Positions 7,946-16,296 of a stretch of DNA of 39,002 bases are shown piece by piece. The notes under the pieces were generated by a model. It was given only the letters and a program-made list of their open reading frames with translations, did no database searches and was not told the DNA's origin. Source of the DNA: an uncultured Candidatus Saccharibacteria bacterium (GTDB lineage Bacteria; Patescibacteriota; Minisyncoccia; Phycocordibacterales; UBA1006); contig CAZAZY010000001.1 in NCBI GenBank assembly GCA_964489785.1, positions 1,255 through 40,256 on the forward strand. The letters are read 5' to 3'. Numbering within the stretch: the first letter of the stretch is position 1; each line of letters starts with the position of its first letter. The position numbers and the translations under genes were made by a program.

Positions 7946-8449
7946 ATGAGAATAATTTCACTTGACCCAGGATTTGATCGTGTCGGAGTTGCGATTCTAG
8001 AACAGAATAACGGATCAGCGCCAACATTAGTATTTTCTGAATGCATCACCACAAATGCAAAAGATTCTTTTGTATTAAGAATCTTTTTAGTATGCCAAAG
8101 AGTTCGTGAAATTATAGCTGAATTTAATCCTGTTTTTTTTATTATTGAAAACCTTTTTTTTGCTACCAATAAAAAAACCGCCATGCGTGTCTCCGAAGCG
8201 CGCGGGGCACTGTTATACGTAGCACAATTGTGTAATCTTGAAATACATGAATACACCCCCATCGAAATCAAGGTTGCCATCACTGGTTATGGTAAAGCTA
8301 CAAAAGATGACATTCTTTTTATGACAAAAAAACTTATTCCTCTTTTGGATTCTAAAAAATATGGAGATGACGAGATTGATGCCATCGCTGTTGGTCTGAC
8401 CTTTTTTGCGAGATACAAAATAGACACCCTTTTATCCACAAAAAAATAA
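7946..8449 (+). CDS. ruvC: Crossover junction endodeoxyribonuclease RuvC
   Basis: The ORF has MRIISLDPGFDRVGVAILE, IIENLFFATNKKTAMRVSEARG, EYTPIEIKVAITGYGKATKDD and DDEIDAIAVGL, which include the conserved acidic catalytic residues. Confidence 0.93.
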   Translation: MRIISLDPGFDRVGVAILEQNNGSAPTLVFSECITTNAKDSFVLRIFLVCQRVREIIAEFNPVFFIIENLFFATNKKTAMRVSEARGALLYVAQLCNLEIHEYTPIEIKVAITGYGKATKDDILFMTKKLIPLLDSKKYGDDEIDAIAVGLTFFARYKIDTLLSTKK

Positions 8450-8526
8450 AAAAGAGCTTGCCTGTATTTCATAATTCTGGTATTAATAAACCATTAACAC
8501 TTACACAAAAACAATTTTTATAATTT

Positions 8527-8727
8527 ATGCACAACGAAGAAGAAAAAGAAGTAGCTTTGGGCGAAGTAATCCTTGATGACGAGGCCATATTAGAAGATGT
8601 TCTTTTGGAAGATGACGAAGTTGATGAGTTGCTAGGCGAGGAAGACATGATCGATGAAGAATCAGAAGAAGATCTAGTAGACGAAGATGAAATTGATCTA
8701 GATATCGCATGGAAAGACGACTATTAA
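8527..8727 (+). CDS. Hyper-acidic small hypothetical protein (66 aa, roughly half Asp/Glu)
   Basis: An ORF fills the ruvC-PBP gap. The sequence is MHNEEEKEVALGEVILDDEAILEDVLLEDDEVDELLGEEDMIDEESEEDLVDEDEIDLDIAWKDDY. It is low-complexity, so coding status is uncertain. Confidence 0.4.
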   Translation: MHNEEEKEVALGEVILDDEAILEDVLLEDDEVDELLGEEDMIDEESEEDLVDEDEIDLDIAWKDDY

Positions 8728-8768
8728 CATCTACTGACAAAAATCACTTCTTCCTATAAGATGTAGTC

Positions 8769-11243
8769 ATGAAGAACAACCACAAAAAAATATTTACGAC
8801 CCATTTGCAAAATATCATTCTCGCATCTTTTGCTTTGGTTTTTTTTGTTTTTGGTATATTTATACTTTGGGCGGCAAGTTTAAAATTACCAACCATTACC
8901 TCTTTTGAGGAAAGGAAAATTGCAAATTCTACCAAGATTTACGACAGAACTGGAGAAATTGTTCTTTTTGATATTAACCAGGATATAAAAAGAACCATCG
9001 TTCAATATCAAGACATTAATGTGTACGCAAAAAATGCAATTGTGGCGATAGAAGATGATGAATTTTATAATCACAAAGGTATTCGCGTCAAAGCATTATT
9101 ACGAGCCATTGTAGCCAACCTGCAAAGCGGTAAGGTTTCTCAAGGAGGATCCACTCTTACCCAACAGGTAGTCAAGAACACACTTTTAGTTGCGGATAAA
9201 AAAATATCTCGAAAAATAAAAGAATGGGTTCTTGCCATAAAAATGGAAAAAGTGTTTTCTAAAGATGAAATATTAGCATTGTATCTTAATGAAGCACCCT
9301 ATGGTGGTGTTATCTATGGAATTCAAGAGGCCAGTAAATCTTTTTTTAACAAAGATGCAATAGATTTAACTTTGGCAGAATCTGCATATCTGGCAGCCAT
9401 ACCAAATGCCCCTTCTTTTTATTCCCCTTTTGGTAAAAACAAAGAAGCCCTAGACGAACGAAAAAATCTTGTATTACAAAAAATGTACGAACTGGAATTT
9501 ATTACAGAAGAAGAATACATAAATGCAAAAGATGAGGTTGTAGAATTTAGACCTCAAGAACAAAACAGGTCAAAAGCGATTCATTTTGTACAATTTGTGA
9601 CAGAACAACTAGAGAAAAAATACGGGTCAGATGTACTGGCCAGTGGAGGGTTACAAGTTATCACCACATTGGATTACGAACTACAGGAATATTCTGAAAC
9701 CATTGCACGAGAACATGCACTAAAAAACGAAGCCGAATGGAATGCATCTAATATAGGTATAGTAGCTCTTGATCCAACAAATGGAGAAATACTGACCATG
9801 GTTGGATCTCGTGGATACAGTGATCCACTGATTGATGGAAAATTCAATATCGCAACTGCAAAAAGACAACCGGGCTCTGCATTTAAACCCTTTATTTATG
9901 CCCTTGCTTTTGAAAAAGGATACACTGACTCTACAATTCTTTTTGATACCCAAACTCAATTTAATCAAAGCTGTGGGGCTTTTGTATTTAACAGCAACAA
10001 TAATTGTTATTCTCCTTCAAACTATGATGGAGAATACAAAGGCCCAATAACCCTACGAAATGCATTGGCTCAATCAAGAAACATTCCTGCAGTAAAATTA
10101 CTCTATCTGGTTGGAATCCAAGATGCTATTAATTTTGCACGATCATTAGGAATATCTTCTCTGCAAAATGCTAACCAATATGGACTTACTCTTGTTCTTG
10201 GGGGTGGCGAAGTTTCATTACTGGAAATGACTTCAGCTTATGGGGTATTTGCAAATGATGGTATTCAATCAAAACCCATAAGTATACTGCGTATAGAAAA
10301 ACAAGATGGAACAATACTAGAAGAATATACTCCTCAGCAAAACCAAATTGTTTCACCTAATAGTGCCAGAATAGTAAACAGTATTCTATCCGATAATACT
10401 GCGAGAACCCCTCTATTTGGCTCGACATCGTTTCTTTCTTTCCCAGGTAGGGATGTTGCTGGAAAGACAGGAACAACAAATGATAACCGCGATGCATGGC
10501 TTGTAGGATATACTCCAAATATTGCCGTAGGGGTTTGGTCTGGGAACAATGACAACTCTTCTATGAAAAAGGGATCCGCAATATCTGGCCCACCATGGAG
10601 AGACGTGATGTCAAAAGCAATGGAAACACGAGAGCCTGCAAAATTTATACAGCCCGAAGAACTAAAAAAAGATCTACCACCCATATTCCGAGGAATCTGG
10701 AAAGGAAACGAATCTGTTTTTATTGATTCTATTTCAAAAAAACGAGCAACTGAATTTACACCAAAAGAAACACTAGAAGAAATTGTTATCCCTAACCCTC
10801 ATTCAATTTTGTATTGGATAGATAAAGAGGATCCTCTGGGTGAACAACCTGAAAACCCAAACAAAGATCTTCAATTTAAGAACTGGGAAGCATCCGTTCT
10901 TAGTTGGGTACAAAGAAATTCCCATCTTATTCCCCAGGTATATATTCCTTCTGATTTTGATAACATTCACACAGAAGCAACTCAACCATCAGGAGAAATC
11001 ATAGTACCAGATCCTCTACCTTCATCAGCAAATATCCCATTGCAAATTAATTACTCTGGGGCATACCCTCTTAAATCAATCAATGTATTTATTAATTCTG
11101 ATTTTATTGGATCAAGCGAAAATAATTCTTTTACCATTTCGCGAGATCAAATCCCGACAGAAGGAGGTGAATATGAAATTCGTGTAATTATACAAGATAG
11201 CGTATTTAATCAAACAGAACTATCAAAAAAAATCACCCCCTAG
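8769..11243 (+). CDS. Class A penicillin-binding protein (glycosyltransferase GT51 + transpeptidase) with a C-terminal extension
   Basis: There is an N-terminal TM segment. GT51 motifs are EDDEFYNHKGI and GGSTLTQQ. Transpeptidase motifs are SAFKPF (SxxK), SRN and KTGTT. About 180 extra C-terminal residues follow. Confidence 0.95.
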   Translation: MKNNHKKIFTTHLQNIILASFALVFFVFGIFILWAASLKLPTITSFEERKIANSTKIYDRTGEIVLFDINQDIKRTIVQYQDINVYAKNAIVAIEDDEFYNHKGIRVKALLRAIVANLQSGKVSQGGSTLTQQVVKNTLLVADKKISRKIKEWVLAIKMEKVFSKDEILALYLNEAPYGGVIYGIQEASKSFFNKDAIDLTLAESAYLAAIPNAPSFYSPFGKNKEALDERKNLVLQKMYELEFITEEEYINAKDEVVEFRPQEQNRSKAIHFVQFVTEQLEKKYGSDVLASGGLQVITTLDYELQEYSETIAREHALKNEAEWNASNIGIVALDPTNGEILTMVGSRGYSDPLIDGKFNIATAKRQPGSAFKPFIYALAFEKGYTDSTILFDTQTQFNQSCGAFVFNSNNNCYSPSNYDGEYKGPITLRNALAQSRNIPAVKLLYLVGIQDAINFARSLGISSLQNANQYGLTLVLGGGEVSLLEMTSAYGVFANDGIQSKPISILRIEKQDGTILEEYTPQQNQIVSPNSARIVNSILSDNTARTPLFGSTSFLSFPGRDVAGKTGTTNDNRDAWLVGYTPNIAVGVWSGNNDNSSMKKGSAISGPPWRDVMSKAMETREPAKFIQPEELKKDLPPIFRGIWKGNESVFIDSISKKRATEFTPKETLEEIVIPNPHSILYWIDKEDPLGEQPENPNKDLQFKNWEASVLSWVQRNSHLIPQVYIPSDFDNIHTEATQPSGEIIVPDPLPSSANIPLQINYSGAYPLKSINVFINSDFIGSSENNSFTISRDQIPTEGGEYEIRVIIQDSVFNQTELSKKITP

Positions 11244-11262
11244 CGGAGGGTGATTTTTTTTT
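11225..11262. terminator. Bidirectional intrinsic terminator between the convergent PBP and DUF721-like genes
   Basis: A8TCACCC (11225-11238) pairs with GGGTGAT9 (11248-11262) to give a 14-bp stem and 9-nt loop. An A-tract and a T-tract flank the GC core. The hairpin overlaps both stop codons. Confidence 0.75.
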
Positions 11263-11491
11263 GAAAAAGATCTGATAATCTTTTTTCTATTTCTTCTTTA
11301 CGAAGAATAATTTTTGATTTTAAAAAAGGGTTTGGATTTATCACCACAAGAGAATCTTTTATCGTAAACATTGTCTCGTCGATAGGAACTCCAAGGATTT
11401 CTTCTAATATCACAGCTACTTCTTTTTTTCTATCCAATAGTTTTGAATATTGATTATGTATCGATCTAAAAAAATCACTAGCATTTTGCAT
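11240..11491 (-). CDS. Small DUF721/DciA-like protein downstream of dnaN
   Basis: The 83-aa ORF starts 9 nt after the dnaN stop. The C-terminal half (FTIKDSLVVINPNPFLKSKIILRKEEIEKRL) resembles the DUF721 pattern. A position after dnaA-dnaN is typical for this family. Confidence 0.5.
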   Translation of the reverse strand: MQNASDFFRSIHNQYSKLLDRKKEVAVILEEILGVPIDETMFTIKDSLVVINPNPFLKSKIILRKEEIEKRLSDLFQKKITLR

Positions 11492-11500
11492 AAGAATTCA

Positions 11501-12601
11501 TTAACGACTCATTGGCATAATAAGATAGGTAAAAGAAGTGTCATGCCCACCCTGAATTACTAATGGCTTTTTAACATCTTCTAATTGTAAAACAACGGTA
11601 TCATCAACGAAAGACCCCAGACATTCTGCAATATATCTATGATTAAGAGACAAAATACAATCATTACCCGTAAACGAAACAGGGGTTTTACAAGAAGTTT
11701 CCCCGACATCTTTATTTGAAGAAGTACACACTATTTCATTATGTTCAGAAGAAAATTGTAATTCAATATAATGAAATTTATCAGTAAATAATTGAGTTAT
11801 TTTCATTGCTTTTTTAAAGTCATTCAAAAGAACTCTTGCTTGAGTAGTAAAAACCACCGGAATAATTCTTTTATAATCAGGAAAAGATCCTTGTACTAAT
11901 CTCGAAGTGATATAAGTATTTCTTGTTTTTAGCACAATTTGATTATCAGAAAATCCAATATACAATTTTTCATCCTCTTCATCATCAGAAATTATTCGAC
12001 TAATATCTAAAGCATTTTTAATAGGTAGTATTATACCTTCACAGTCACCTGAAACTTTTACTATTTTCTTTTCTGCTAACCTAAATGAATCAGTACTCAC
12101 AAAAATAAGATTAGTATCATCTGTGTACATGTATACCGATGATATTTCAGGTTTTATATCAGACAAAGCAGCTGCATAAGAAACAGATCTTATTCCTTCT
12201 ATAAAAGATTTTATAGAAACAATCAAAGAGTGATCCTCTATGGTTTTTGGTATTACAGGAAAATCATCAGCTGTTTGAGTATGTAATTTTGTTGTATTCT
12301 GTTCCGTTTCTAAAACCAATAACTGACCCTCGGTATATATTTTAATAGACTCGCCTTTTAATTGAGATACAGTCTGATTTAATACCTGCGCTGAAACAAT
12401 AACAACACCTTCGTTTTCCACCTTTGCATCCAACATGGTTTCAATCCCAATGTTTAAATTTGTTCCCACAAGAGTAAGTTTATTTTCTTTCGCTTCTAGC
12501 TTTAAACAGGCAAGCACGGGTAAAGTTAAATTTCTACCAGAAGCCTTTTCTGCTTTTGATACTCCTTGAATAAATTGCTGTAGAGATAATTCTATATTCA
12601 T
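11501..12601 (-). CDS. dnaN: DNA polymerase III beta sliding clamp
   Basis: The 366-aa ORF has an N-terminus MNIELSLQQFIQGVSKAEKASGRNLTLPVLACLKLEA that is typical of DnaN. Its length suits three domains, and it lies immediately downstream of dnaA. Confidence 0.93.
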   Translation of the reverse strand: MNIELSLQQFIQGVSKAEKASGRNLTLPVLACLKLEAKENKLTLVGTNLNIGIETMLDAKVENEGVVIVSAQVLNQTVSQLKGESIKIYTEGQLLVLETEQNTTKLHTQTADDFPVIPKTIEDHSLIVSIKSFIEGIRSVSYAAALSDIKPEISSVYMYTDDTNLIFVSTDSFRLAEKKIVKVSGDCEGIILPIKNALDISRIISDDEEDEKLYIGFSDNQIVLKTRNTYITSRLVQGSFPDYKRIIPVVFTTQARVLLNDFKKAMKITQLFTDKFHYIELQFSSEHNEIVCTSSNKDVGETSCKTPVSFTGNDCILSLNHRYIAECLGSFVDDTVVLQLEDVKKPLVIQGGHDTSFTYLIMPMSR

Positions 12602-12814
12602 ATTAATTATAATTTATATTTATAATATACCCTGTGGAAATGTGGAAAACTTTTTTCGTCTTTATTTTATAACCTGAATTCATATTGAGTGTCTTTTTCT
12701 AATGTTAATAACTTTCGGGTACCTGTTAGTAATCAGTGCGGGCTGTCTGGGTATGTGTACTTGGTGTGTATAAGTGATTGTTGCATAAGACGATTATCTA
12801 CAGGTTGTACACAG
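12602..12814. other. Candidate oriC: dnaA-dnaN intergenic region with DnaA boxes and an AT-rich unwinding segment
   Basis: Near-consensus DnaA boxes (TTATCCACA / TGTGGATAA) are TGTGGAAAT at 12633-12641, TGTGGAAAA at 12641-12649, TGTGTATAA at 12765-12773, TTATCTACA at 12794-12802 and TTGTACACA at 12805-12813. An almost pure A/T stretch lies at 12601-12630. Confidence 0.6.
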
Positions 12815-14167
12815 TTATATACTCAGAAGTGAACGTATCTTTTCTATCTCATTATGTATCTCTGGATCATTTTTTAATTCCTCTTTTACTTTTAAACAAG
12901 AATGAATTACCGTTGTATGATCTTTTCCACCCATTTTTCTTCCAATAAGAGGATATGAGATACTAAAATCTTCTCTTAATATATACATCGCAACTTGTCT
13001 TGAGCGAACCACTTCCTTCCTTCTTGTTTTTTCGTAAAGCGTTTCTTCTTCTAGATTATAGAATTCAGCTATTATTTTAATAATATCTTTGATGGAAATA
13101 TTTTTCTTTGATTTTCCTGTTGATTTTATTAAACTTTGAATTTCTTGTTGTGATAATTGTTTTTGTTTTAGCTGTATTTGGCACATTACGGTATTAAGAG
13201 CACCCTCTAGTTCTCGTACGTTCCCTTGCACGTGGGTTGCAATATATTCAAGAGATTTAGGATGAATATTTAAATGTTGACGTTCAGCTTTTGTTTTTAG
13301 GATCGCAAAACGAGATTCGTAATCTGGTTGACTGATATCTACAACCATACCGGCACTGAATCGTGATCGTAATCGATCTTCTAATCCTTGGATAAAATGG
13401 GGATGTTTATCAGAAGAAAAGAGGATCTGCTTGTTATTGTCGTATAAAGTATTAAAGACATGAAATAGTTCTTCTTGTGTTTTTTCCTTTCCAGATAAAA
13501 ATTGGATGTCGTCCATAATAAGAAGATCATATTTTCGGTATTTTTCTTTAAATGGATTTACTTTGTTTGTTTGTACTGCATTTACATAATCCATGGAAAA
13601 TTGTTCTGAGGTTACATAAAAAACCTTTACACCAGGATGTTTTTGTTTATAGGTGTTCCCTACCGCCTGGATAAGGTGGGTTTTACCTAGTCCGGTTCCT
13701 CCATAGATAAAAAGAGGGTTATATACTGTTGGCCGATTAATAATAGCCTGAGAAGCTGAATATGCCAGTTCATTAAATGGACCAATAACAAAAGTATCAA
13801 ACGTATATTTGGGATTAAGATTATCTTCTTTACTAACAGAGAGCTCTAATAATGGTTGTTCATTTGGTTTCTCTTCTTTTTGTTGTTGGATTTGTTTTTG
13901 TTGCTGAGCTGCCTGTTCAGGTTTTGTTATTACGTATTCTACTGCACGCACAGATTCATCTCGGTCGCGTAATGCCTTTACTATTGCTTTGTGATATTTT
14001 GTTAATAACCATTCTTTTACGAATTCATTTGGAACGCCAACCACGATAGTCCCCTGGTCATGTTTAATGATAATAGTGTTCTTGAACCAAGTGTTAAAAT
14101 TGGCTCTTGATGTCTGGCTCGCGATTTCTTGAAGTGTATTTTCCCACAACATGGTATTATCTTGCAT
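12815..14167 (-). CDS. dnaA: Chromosomal replication initiator DnaA
   Basis: It has Walker A GGTGLGKTHL, Walker B LLIMDDIQF, sensor motifs VRELEGAL, and a C-terminal DNA-binding helix-turn-helix GGKDHTTVIHSC. Confidence 0.97.
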   Translation of the reverse strand: MQDNTMLWENTLQEIASQTSRANFNTWFKNTIIIKHDQGTIVVGVPNEFVKEWLLTKYHKAIVKALRDRDESVRAVEYVITKPEQAAQQQKQIQQQKEEKPNEQPLLELSVSKEDNLNPKYTFDTFVIGPFNELAYSASQAIINRPTVYNPLFIYGGTGLGKTHLIQAVGNTYKQKHPGVKVFYVTSEQFSMDYVNAVQTNKVNPFKEKYRKYDLLIMDDIQFLSGKEKTQEELFHVFNTLYDNNKQILFSSDKHPHFIQGLEDRLRSRFSAGMVVDISQPDYESRFAILKTKAERQHLNIHPKSLEYIATHVQGNVRELEGALNTVMCQIQLKQKQLSQQEIQSLIKSTGKSKKNISIKDIIKIIAEFYNLEEETLYEKTRRKEVVRSRQVAMYILREDFSISYPLIGRKMGGKDHTTVIHSCLKVKEELKNDPEIHNEIEKIRSLLSI

Positions 14168-14203
14168 ATATTTTATTATTATACTATGTTTTTGGTTTTA
14201 TAT

Positions 14204-14256
14204 TTATACACACCATACGCATAACCCTGTGTAAAATCTGTGGATTGTGTGCATAA
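14204..14256. promoter_or_regulatory. DnaA-box cluster in the dnaA / rpmH divergent promoter region
   Basis: Boxes are TTATACACA at 14204-14212, TGTGTAAAA at 14228-14236, TGTGGATTG at 14239-14247 and TGTGCATAA at 14248-14256. Each has 1-2 mismatches to the consensus. Confidence 0.5.
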
Positions 14257-14358
14257 CTTAATTTGCTTTAAAACACTTGCTTTTTTGTTTATTATAGGTA
14301 TACTACATAACAACAAGAATCAGGGTTAATAAATATTCACTCGAATTTTGTCTTATAT

Positions 14359-14493
14359 ATGTCTGTAACATACCAACCAAAAAAGAAAAAAAGAGCTCGA
14401 AAACACGGTTTTCTTTCTCGATCTGAAACACCTTCAGGTAAGAAGATTTTGTTATCTCGACGAAGAAAAGGTCGAGAAAAGCTTTCTGTATAA
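14359..14493 (+). CDS. rpmH: 50S ribosomal protein L34
   Basis: This 44-aa ORF is below the ORF-track size cutoff. It translates as MSVTYQPKKKKRARKHGFLSRSETPSGKKILLSRRRKGREKLSV. It sits directly upstream of rnpA, as in the canonical rpmH-rnpA operon. Confidence 0.93.
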   Translation: MSVTYQPKKKKRARKHGFLSRSETPSGKKILLSRRRKGREKLSV

Positions 14494-14499
14494 CAATAA

Positions 14500-14829
14500 A
14501 TGAAAAAGTCTCCTAAAAGCCTTTCTTTTGTTGATTTTAAAAAAATACAGGGAAAACGACCACTGTCTGTAAAAAGGGGTCGTTTTTTTAGTATTGCATT
14601 TTTTCCTGATGAAAATATGCGCTTTTCCTTTGTGGTTTCAAAGAAAAAGACAAAAAAAGCAGTCTCAAGAAACAGGATCAAGAGAAAATCAAAGGCTTGT
14701 TTGTTGGAAATCCTCCAGTCTGGTGAACCCAAAACAGGTTTTTATGTTATTAATGCAATTATTTCAGGTATTGAAGATGTCACACACGAAGAGCTTTTAC
14801 AAGAGATTAAAAGCCTCTTATCCCTATGA
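14500..14829 (+). CDS. rnpA: Ribonuclease P protein component
   Basis: The 109-aa basic protein carries the motif [14 protein letters not shown]. It lies between rpmH and yidD. Confidence 0.9.
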   Translation: MKKSPKSLSFVDFKKIQGKRPLSVKRGRFFSIAFFPDENMRFSFVVSKKKTKKAVSRNRIKRKSKACLLEILQSGEPKTGFYVINAIISGIEDVTHEELLQEIKSLLSL

Positions 14830-15038
14830 AAAAGGCTTTAATTGTGCTTATTTCTCTGTATCAGCGTTTTATATCTCCTCTTTTTAGTAGATCATGTGTG
14901 TTTCATCCAACTTGTTCGGAGTATATGAAAAAATCTATTGAATATAATGGTTTTTTAGGATTCTTGATGGGAATAAAAAGAATCCTTCGATGTCATCCCT
15001 GGCAACAACCCCAGATAGATTTTCCAGAAAAAAGATAA
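14826..15038 (+). CDS. yidD: Membrane protein insertion efficiency factor YidD
   Basis: The ORF has [28 protein letters not shown]...RILRCHPW. It overlaps rnpA by 4 nt (ATGA). Confidence 0.9.
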   Translation: MKKALIVLISLYQRFISPLFSRSCVFHPTCSEYMKKSIEYNGFLGFLMGIKRILRCHPWQQPQIDFPEKR

Positions 15039-15061
15039 AAGATTGAAAAAACTACAATTTC

Positions 15062-15070
15062 TGGTACACT
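15062..15070 (+). promoter_or_regulatory. Extended -10 element TGGTACACT 7 nt upstream of the yidC ATG
   Basis: TGGTACACT is at 15062-15070 and the ATG is at 15078. Confidence 0.35.
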
Positions 15071-15077
15071 GTCTGTA

Positions 15078-15800
15078 ATGATTATCGATATTTGGAATAC
15101 TATTTTTTATGAACCACTGTATAATGCACTTGTTGTAATTGTATCTTTTTCTCCTGGTGCCAGTTTGGCTATTGCAGTGATTTTACTAACGTTGTTGGTA
15201 AAGCTTGTTTTATCACCCCTTTCTTACAAAACATTCATGGGGCAAATGAAGCAAAAAGAACTTCAACCTTTAATTCAAGACATCAAGAAGAAATACAAAG
15301 ATCAAACTGAACAATCAAAAGCAATCTTTGCTTTGTATAAAGAACATAATGCTAATCCATTTTCGGGTTGTCTTACGCTATTATTGCAGTTCCCTATTAT
15401 TATTGGGTTGTATCAGGTTTTTCTCAAAGGTGTAGAATATTCACAAGAGAAAATGTATTCCTTTGTTTCTTTGCCAGAACAAGTAAATTATTTCTTCTTT
15501 GGAATTGATTTACACGAAAAAAGCATTATTCTCGCTATTCTTGCTGGGATTTTCCAATTTGTGCAAATGTATTATTCTCCTGCGATGAAGCAATCGGCGA
15601 ATGCAGACGCTGTTTTAACCGATCAAGAACGTATGGCATCAGCCCTTCAGAATAATATGAAATATATGATGCCCGTGATGGTTGGATTTTTTGCCGCCGT
15701 TGTTCCTGCTGCGGTTGCTCTGTATTGGGTTGTGAATAATATCTTTATGATCGGCCAAGAGATGTTTATCTGGAAACGATATCAAAAAAAGATAGTATAA
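15078..15800 (+). CDS. yidC: YidC/Oxa1-family membrane protein insertase (short form)
   Basis: The 240-aa polytopic protein has LPLLVKLVLSPLSYK-type TM1, CLTLLLQFPIIIGLYQV, and a C-terminal AAVALYWVVNNIFMIGQ. It lies in the operon position after yidD. Confidence 0.92.
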   Translation: MIIDIWNTIFYEPLYNALVVIVSFSPGASLAIAVILLTLLVKLVLSPLSYKTFMGQMKQKELQPLIQDIKKKYKDQTEQSKAIFALYKEHNANPFSGCLTLLLQFPIIIGLYQVFLKGVEYSQEKMYSFVSLPEQVNYFFFGIDLHEKSIILAILAGIFQFVQMYYSPAMKQSANADAVLTDQERMASALQNNMKYMMPVMVGFFAAVVPAAVALYWVVNNIFMIGQEMFIWKRYQKKIV

Positions 15801-15807
15801 AAATCAT

Positions 15808-16266
15808 ATGAAAACAGAAGACATATTACAAACCACAAAAAAAATTCTAGAACTTGTTGGTTTCCAATGTCTTTCTGTCTCTGGCGAATTCGATAATTCG
15901 CTAAACCTATATGTCTGTAATGTTGCTGTAGAGGATTCTCCTCTCGTTACGGTGGATGTTATTACTTCAGTGCATCATTTGGTAGGAAGAATATTATACG
16001 CGCAAGATGAAGCTGCTATTCCCTCGTTTGTTGTTGATATTAATAATATTCAGCGAAATCAGATTGAAAAAATAAAAATGCAGGCTGACGTGCTTATGGA
16101 GAGGGCAAAATCTTTTGGTCTTTCAGTTCCATTTCCACCGATGTCTGCATATGAAAGATTACTGGTCCATACGTATATTGCTTCTCATGATAATTTTACA
16201 ACAGAATCAGAAGGTGAAGGTGTCGAAAGGCATATTATTGTTTCCTATAATCAAAAAACACTATAG
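15808..16266 (+). CDS. jag: Jag/KhpB-like RNA-binding protein (KH + R3H domains)
   Basis: The 152-aa ORF follows yidC. An R3H-like segment reads MSAYERLLVHTYIASHDNFTTESEGEGVERHIIV. Confidence 0.8.
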   Translation: MKTEDILQTTKKILELVGFQCLSVSGEFDNSLNLYVCNVAVEDSPLVTVDVITSVHHLVGRILYAQDEAAIPSFVVDINNIQRNQIEKIKMQADVLMERAKSFGLSVPFPPMSAYERLLVHTYIASHDNFTTESEGEGVERHIIVSYNQKTL

Positions 16267-16287
16267 AAAATTCTACAGTGTTTTTTG
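16252..16287. terminator. Bidirectional terminator hairpin between convergent jag and the 533-aa gene
   Basis: CAAAAAACACTATAG (16252-16266) pairs with CTACAGTGTTTTTTG (16273-16287) at 14 of 15 positions. A-tract and T-tract arms are present. The hairpin overlaps the jag stop codon. Confidence 0.7.
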
Positions 16288-16296
16288 ATTATGTTG

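Noticed and set aside
6945-8449. Missing ruvA next to ruvB-ruvC as a sign of an unusual resolvasome
   Set aside because: Gene order varies widely and ruvA may lie elsewhere in the genome. This cannot be judged from one window.
14337-14732. 131-aa minus-strand ORF and the 14594-14887 plus-strand alternative-frame ORF
   Set aside because: They overlap the highly conserved rpmH-rnpA-yidD genes. Their translations are low-complexity Phe/Lys-rich antisense or alternative-frame products.
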